A DNA stretch of 64,000 bases from an uncultured Collinsella sp. (GTDB lineage: Bacteria; Actinomycetota; Coriobacteriia; Coriobacteriales; Coriobacteriaceae), in contig CASFIQ010000016.1 in NCBI GenBank assembly GCA_949294785.1, positions 8,770-72,769 of the forward strand, in the 5' to 3' direction. Numbering within the stretch: the stretch's first letter is position 1; the number at the start of each line of letters is the position of its first letter. Below the pieces are notes generated by a model. It was not told the DNA's origin. It saw nothing but the letters and a program-made list of their open reading frames with translations, and did not search any database. The position numbers and the translations under genes are program-made. This document shows, piece by piece, positions 59,242-64,000 of the stretch.

Positions 59242-60197
59242 CGATGGGGGAGCGACCGGGTCGGAATCCCGCGCCGGAGGTGGATGAGACCTATCTCGAC
59301 GCGCTCGACGACTTCATCCGCTTCGTGCTCTCGGTCGAGGGGCTCTCGCCCGAGACTGCCCGTGCCTACCAGTCGCATCTGGAGGCATACGGCTTCTGGG
59401 CCGCCCGTCGGGGCGTCGATGCGCTGCATCCCGGCGTACGCGGCCTCAGGTCGTATCTCGGCGAGCTGAAGCGCGCGGGATACGCCCTCCGCACCGTTGC
59501 CGCCCACCTCTCCGCGATCCGCTCGCTCTTCCATTGGTGCGCGGTCGAGGGCATCTCCGTCGACGAGTCGGCGACGGCGATCCAGACGCCCAAGATCGGG
59601 CGGAGCCTTCCCAAGACGCTCTCGCCGGGTCAGGTCGAGGCGCTCTTCTCGGCCCCCGACCCCGATACGCCCGAAGGCCTGCGTGACCGCTGCATGCTCG
59701 AGCTCTTCTACGCGACCGGTGCGCGCATATCGGAGCTCGCCCGGCTCCGGGTCGCCGACCTCGACCTCTCCGCGCGGACGGTCCGCCTGTTCGGTAAGGG
59801 ATCAAAGGAGCGTATCGTGCCCATCCACCGCCGCGCCGCCCAGGCGGTTCGGATCTATCTTGCGACTGGCAGGCCGGTGCTGCTTGCCGGACGCACGGAC
59901 GACGCGTCGTCTTCGGCGGAGACGCGCCTGTTCATCTCCGGCCGCGGGAACCCCATGGACTCCTCCGCCTTGCGCTACCGGTTCGGGCGGCTCGCGCGCG
60001 CGGCCGGTCTTCCCGGTGACATCACGCCCCATGCGATGCGCCACACCTTCGCGACCGACCTGCTGTCCGGAGGAGCCGATCTTCGCAGCGTCCAGGAGCT
60101 CCTGGGCCACGCGAGCCTCTCGACCACCCAGATCTACACCCATCTCACGCCGGAGCGGCTGAGAAGCGCCGTGCGCCGGGCGCATCCGCGCGGCTAG
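59238..60197 (+). CDS. xerC: Tyrosine recombinase XerC/XerD family
   Basis: ATGARISE, GKGSKERIVP, TPHAMRHTFAT, LGHASLSTTQIY; trmFO-xer synteny. Confidence 0.88.
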   Translation: MTMGERPGRNPAPEVDETYLDALDDFIRFVLSVEGLSPETARAYQSHLEAYGFWAARRGVDALHPGVRGLRSYLGELKRAGYALRTVAAHLSAIRSLFHWCAVEGISVDESATAIQTPKIGRSLPKTLSPGQVEALFSAPDPDTPEGLRDRCMLELFYATGARISELARLRVADLDLSARTVRLFGKGSKERIVPIHRRAAQAVRIYLATGRPVLLAGRTDDASSSAETRLFISGRGNPMDSSALRYRFGRLARAAGLPGDITPHAMRHTFATDLLSGGADLRSVQELLGHASLSTTQIYTHLTPERLRSAVRRAHPRG

Positions 60198-60227
60198 GCT
60201 CCCTGCGCAAAGTCTTCACAACAGGGG

Positions 60228-60256
60228 TTGGAGTCGGGCTGACGTCCTGCTATCAT
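60228..60256 (+). promoter_or_regulatory. Promoter of rpsB-tsf
   Basis: TTGGAG-N17-TATCAT with extended -10 TG. Confidence 0.65.
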
Positions 60257-60288
60257 CTTTCGAGTTGCCGTATGGCGACGCGTCATAT

Positions 60289-60390
60289 CACACACGCGCG
60301 ACTACTCCCTCGCCGTGGTGCCCGGGGCAAGGTAGCCCGAAGATCCCGGGTGGTCGGGGGAGGTTGACCTCGCGCGGAGGAGAACCACAG
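60289..60390 (+). ncRNA. rpsB (S2) 5' leader, t44-like autoregulatory RNA
   Basis: CACACACGCGCGA...TCGCGCGGAGGAGAACC closing stem with internal GGTGC, directly upstream of rpsB. Confidence 0.7.
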
Positions 60391-60401
60391 GAGGTTTCAC
60401 C

Positions 60402-61184
60402 ATGGCTACCAAGATCAACATCCGCACCCTGCTCGAGGCCGGTTGCCACTTCGGCCACCAGACCCGCCGCTGGAACCCGAAGATGAAGCCCTACATCTTC
60501 GGCGAGCGCAACGGCATCTACATCCTCGATCTCAAGCAGACCATCATCAACGCCGACCAGGCCTACACCTTCCTCAAGAACGCTGCCAAGGGCGGCAAGG
60601 TCCTCTTCGTCGGCACTAAGAAGCAGGCCCAGGAGCCCGTGCGCGCCGCCGCCGAGCGCGCCGGCATGCCTTACATCAACCAGCGCTGGCTGGGCGGCAT
60701 GCTCACCAACTTCGTGACCATCCGCTCCCGCATCAACCGCATGGAGGAGCTCGAGGCCATGGTCGCCGACGGCCGCATGGCCATGCTGCCCAAGAAGGAG
60801 CAGGCGGTCCTGGGCAAGCAGCTCGCCAAGCTGCAGACCAACCTGGGTGGCGCCCGCGACCTCAAGGGCAAGCCCTCCGCGCTGTTCGTCATCGACACCA
60901 AGCGCGAGGAGAACGCCATCAAGGAGGCCAACCGCCTGGGTATCCCCGTCGTCGCCCTCATCGACACCAACTCCGATCCGGACGAGGTCGCCTACGGCAT
61001 CCCCTGCAACGACGACGCCATCTCCGCGGTGACCCTCATGTGCGAGCTCATGGCCGATGCGTGCCTGGCCGGTGCCGGCAAGGAGCAGATCTCCGAGGCC
61101 GAGATGGCCGCCGCTCCCGCCGAGGCTGCCACCGAGGCCGTCGAGGCAACCGCTGCCGAGCCCGAGGCGGCTCCCGCCGAGTAG
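60402..61184 (+). CDS. rpsB: 30S ribosomal protein S2
   Basis: LLEAGCHFGHQTRRWNPKM, RWLGGMLTN, IDTNSDP. Confidence 0.99.
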   Translation: MATKINIRTLLEAGCHFGHQTRRWNPKMKPYIFGERNGIYILDLKQTIINADQAYTFLKNAAKGGKVLFVGTKKQAQEPVRAAAERAGMPYINQRWLGGMLTNFVTIRSRINRMEELEAMVADGRMAMLPKKEQAVLGKQLAKLQTNLGGARDLKGKPSALFVIDTKREENAIKEANRLGIPVVALIDTNSDPDEVAYGIPCNDDAISAVTLMCELMADACLAGAGKEQISEAEMAAAPAEAATEAVEATAAEPEAAPAE

Positions 61185-61247
61185 CAAGTCCGGGCGCCTG
61201 GCGCCCGTATCGCGATTCGATCGATTCGGTTCTAGAAAGGAACGAAG

Positions 61248-62117
61248 ATGGCCAATATCACCGCCGCTATGGTCAAAGAGCTCCGCGAGATGACCGACTC
61301 CCCGATGATGGAGTGCAAGAAGGCGCTCGTCGAGGCTGACGGCGACATGGATGCCGCTGTCGACATCCTGCGCAAGAACGGCCTCGCCGCCGCCGCCAAG
61401 AAGGCCGGCCGCGCCACGAACGAGGGCGCCGTGGGCGCCTGGGTCTCCGAGGACGGCCGGATGGGCGCTCTCGCCGACGTCGCCTGCGAGACCGACTTCG
61501 TCGGCTCCAACCCCAAGTTCACCGGCTTCGCCACCAAGCTGGCCGAGGTCGTCGCCGTGAACGACCCCGCCGATGTCGACGCCCTCATGGCGCTCGACAT
61601 GGATGGCGAGACCGTCGAGGCCGCGCTCACCGAGCTCATCCACATCATGGGTGAGAACATGAAGATCAACGGCTTCGCCGCGCTCAAGCCCGAGAAGGGC
61701 GGTGTCGCCAGCTACGTGCACATGGGCGGCAAGATCGGCGTGCTCGTCGAGTGCGCCTTCGACAAGCCCGAGACCGCTACCGCCGACGCTTACAAGGCCT
61801 TCGCGCACGACGTCGCCATGCAGGTCGCCGCGCTCGCGCCCATCTGCGCACGCCGCGAGGACGTGCCCGCTGAGACCGTCGAGCACGAGGTCGCGATCTA
61901 CAAGGCGCAGGCCGCCGAGTCCGGCAAGCCCGAGGCCATCCAGGAGAAGATGGCCCTCGGCCGCCTGGAGAAGTTCTACAAGGGCTCCGTCCTGAACGAG
62001 CAGGAGTTCATCAAGGATTCCAGCCTCACCATCTCCAAGTACGCGCAGCAGGTCTCCAAGGAGCTCGGTGACACCATCGAGGTCATGGGCTTCAAGCGCA
62101 TCGCCCGCGGCGAGTAG
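61248..62117 (+). CDS. tsf: Elongation factor Ts
   Basis: VKELREMT, ECKKAL, CETDFV, GKPEAI. Confidence 0.98.
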   Translation: MANITAAMVKELREMTDSPMMECKKALVEADGDMDAAVDILRKNGLAAAAKKAGRATNEGAVGAWVSEDGRMGALADVACETDFVGSNPKFTGFATKLAEVVAVNDPADVDALMALDMDGETVEAALTELIHIMGENMKINGFAALKPEKGGVASYVHMGGKIGVLVECAFDKPETATADAYKAFAHDVAMQVAALAPICARREDVPAETVEHEVAIYKAQAAESGKPEAIQEKMALGRLEKFYKGSVLNEQEFIKDSSLTISKYAQQVSKELGDTIEVMGFKRIARGE

Positions 62118-62146
62118 CTTCGCGTCCCCGCATCCATCGATGTGCC

Positions 62147-62183
62147 AGCAGGCTGTTGGTTTCGACCGGCAGCCTGCTTTTCT
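62147..62183 (+). terminator. Intrinsic terminator after tsf
   Basis: AGCAGGCTGTTGGT-TTCG-ACCGGCAGCCTGCT-TTTCT. Confidence 0.85.
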
Positions 62184-62242
62184 ATGGGTCGCGGGACAAT
62201 CTTTGCTAAGATGTGGTGAAATCACGACGTAAGGAGGAAGAG

Positions 62243-62965
62243 GTGTCCGATTACCTGTACAAGCGCGTGCTCTTGAAGCTCTCGGGCGAGGCGCTCATGG
62301 GGGACGGGGGATATGGGATCGATCCCGCGGTCACCGACCGGCTCGCCAGCCAGATCAAGGACCTGCGCAACGACGGTGTCGAGATCGGCGTGGTCGTGGG
62401 CGGTGGCAACATCTTCCGTGGTATGGCCGGAGCCGCCAAGGGTATGGACCGCGCGCAGGCCGATTACATGGGCATGCTCGCCACCATCATGAACGCGCTC
62501 GCCCTGCAGGATGCGATCGAGCGCGCCGACATTCCGTGCCGCGTGATGAGCGCCATCCAGATGAACGAGGTCTGCGAGCCCTATATCCGCCGCCGGGCCA
62601 TCCGCCATCTGGAGAAGGGCGAGGTCGTCATCTTCGCGGCTGGCTCGGGCAACCCCTACTTCACCACCGACACCGCGGCATCCCTGCGCGCGTGCGAGAT
62701 CGGGGCCGACTGCCTGCTCAAGGCGACCAAGGTCGATGGCGTCTACGACAAGGACCCCGTCAAGCATGCGGATGCGGTGCGCTTCGACCGCATCACGTAC
62801 CACGAGGTGCTCGTGCGCGGCCTGCAGGTCATGGACACCACCGCCACCGCGCTTTGCCAGGACAACCACATGCCGATCATCGTCCTCAACATCGAGGGCG
62901 ATAACAACATCAAGCGCGCCCTTACCGGCGAGCCCGTGGGCACCGTCGTCGTCGAGGAGGACTAA
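62243..62965 (+). CDS. pyrH: Uridylate kinase
   Basis: [31 protein letters not shown]. Confidence 0.98.
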   Translation: MSDYLYKRVLLKLSGEALMGDGGYGIDPAVTDRLASQIKDLRNDGVEIGVVVGGGNIFRGMAGAAKGMDRAQADYMGMLATIMNALALQDAIERADIPCRVMSAIQMNEVCEPYIRRRAIRHLEKGEVVIFAAGSGNPYFTTDTAASLRACEIGADCLLKATKVDGVYDKDPVKHADAVRFDRITYHEVLVRGLQVMDTTATALCQDNHMPIIVLNIEGDNNIKRALTGEPVGTVVVEED

Positions 62966-62967
62966 CC

Positions 62968-63501
62968 ATGGCAGACATCACCCAGAACATGGACAAGACG
63001 CTCGAGAGCCTGAAGCATAACTTCGCGAAGGTCCGCACCGGCCGCGCGAACGCCAACATCCTCTCGGACATCACCGTTGATTACTACGGCGTCGCGACTC
63101 CCATCACGCAGGTCGCGGCCGTGAAGGTCCCCGAGGCCCACATGCTCATGATCGAGCCCTGGGATAAGGCCCTCCTGAATGCGATCGTGAAGGCGGTCTC
63201 CGCCTCCGATCTGGGCATCACGCCGTCCTCCGACGGCAACGTGGTGCGCCTGCCGTTCCCGGCTCCCACCGAGGAGCGCCGCCGTGAGCTGGTGAAGGAG
63301 TGCCGCGAGCTCGCCGAGCAGGCGCGCGTCTCCATCCGCAACATCCGTCGCGACTTCAACAACAAGCTCGAGCGCGATGAGGAGCTCACCGAGGATGATG
63401 TCCGTCGCGAGCAGGCCAAGGTTCAGAAGCATACCGATGAGTACATCAAGAAGATCGAGACGATGCTGAAGGCCAAAGAGGCCGAGGTCATGGAGATCTG
63501 A
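62968..63501 (+). CDS. frr: Ribosome recycling factor
   Basis: RTGRAN, VDYYG, TEERRRELVK, IRNIRRD, KEAEVMEI. Confidence 0.98.
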   Translation: MADITQNMDKTLESLKHNFAKVRTGRANANILSDITVDYYGVATPITQVAAVKVPEAHMLMIEPWDKALLNAIVKAVSASDLGITPSSDGNVVRLPFPAPTEERRRELVKECRELAEQARVSIRNIRRDFNNKLERDEELTEDDVRREQAKVQKHTDEYIKKIETMLKAKEAEVMEI

Positions 63502-63502
63502 C

Positions 63503-64000
63503 GTGGAGACGGACGATTCGACGTTTGAGAGCTACTTCGCGAATCCTCCCGAAGGGCTCGACATGAGCCTGCTCGACCGCTCCCGCGTGCCGCGCCACAT
63601 CTCCTGCATCATGGACGGCAACGGCCGTTGGGCAGTCGCACGTGGCATGTCGCGCGGCGAGGGACACAAGGCGGGCATCGTCTCGTTGCGCGAGATCATC
63701 ACCGCCTGCGTCCGGCTGGACGTGGAGGTGCTCTCGGCCTACGCCTTCTCCACGGAGAACTGGAAGCGCCCGCAAGCCGAGGTCAACCTGCTCATGCATC
63801 TGTTCGCGCAGACGTTCATCGAGGAGCTGCCCCTGCTCAAGCGCGAGAACGTCCGCGTGGTGTTCCTCGGCGACATCTCCGCGCTGCCGGATCAGACCCG
63901 CGAGGTCTTCGAGTACGGCCTGAACGCCTGCGCCGATCACACGGGCATGGTGCTCGCGCTCGCGGTGAACTACGGTGCCCGCGCCGAGCTCGCGCGCGCG
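63503..64000 (+). CDS. uppS: Undecaprenyl diphosphate synthase (3' end truncated by window edge)
   Basis: Manual translation from GTG 63503: PRHISCIMDGNGRWA, GHKAG, YAFSTENWKRP, AVNYG. Confidence 0.95.
   Translation, partial: METDDSTFESYFANPPEGLDMSLLDRSRVPRHISCIMDGNGRWAVARGMSRGEGHKAGIVSLREIITACVRLDVEVLSAYAFSTENWKRPQAEVNLLMHLFAQTFIEELPLLKRENVRVVFLGDISALPDQTREVFEYGLNACADHTGMVLALAVNYGARAELARA

Noticed and set aside
59238-60197. Tyrosine recombinase as integrase of the island or a prophage
   Set aside because: XerC/D-type sequence in housekeeping trmFO context, 6 kb outside the island; no phage genes

Overview
High-GC chromosomal segment, most likely from a gut Coriobacteriia actinobacterium (Collinsella/Enorma/Olsenella-like). 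This is inferred from gene content: mreBCD-pbp2-rodA, two-subunit GlyQS, trmFO, and actinobacterial-type S16/L21 tails. Most of the window is core genome: nadK-recN; a P-type ATPase, aconitase, cyclophilin and two bitopic membrane proteins; mreBCD-mrdA-rodA plus a radical-SAM pair; rplU-rpmA-obgE-nadD-yqeK-rsfS; dinB; rpsP-khpA-rimM-trmD-lepB-glyQS; rplS-rnhB-yraN-comM-dprA-trmFO-xerC; rpsB-tsf-pyrH-frr-uppS. Two blocks look accessory. (1) An eight-gene shikimate/Phe/Tyr operon (aroF-tyrA-aroB-aroA-aroC-pheA-aroEK-aroQ) lies directly downstream of tRNA-Arg(CCG). (2) The best candidate for an undescribed system is a ~12-kb signalling island between glyS and rplS, bracketed by a 17-bp near-perfect direct repeat (41312-41328 / 53363-53379). 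It encodes a dCache hybrid histidine kinase, a membrane diguanylate cyclase, a REC-HD-GYP phosphodiesterase, a stand-alone Hpt, a CheB-CheR fusion carrying its own NEEL heptad repeat (putative self-methylation site) with no chemoreceptor, CheA or CheW in the window, and a large PAS/degenerate-GGDEF/GAF/EAL protein whose catalytic EGVE motif reads GGVE. Together these suggest a self-contained phosphorelay plus methylation-adaptation circuit controlling c-di-GMP. Functional calls come from motif recognition by eye; no database searches were run.
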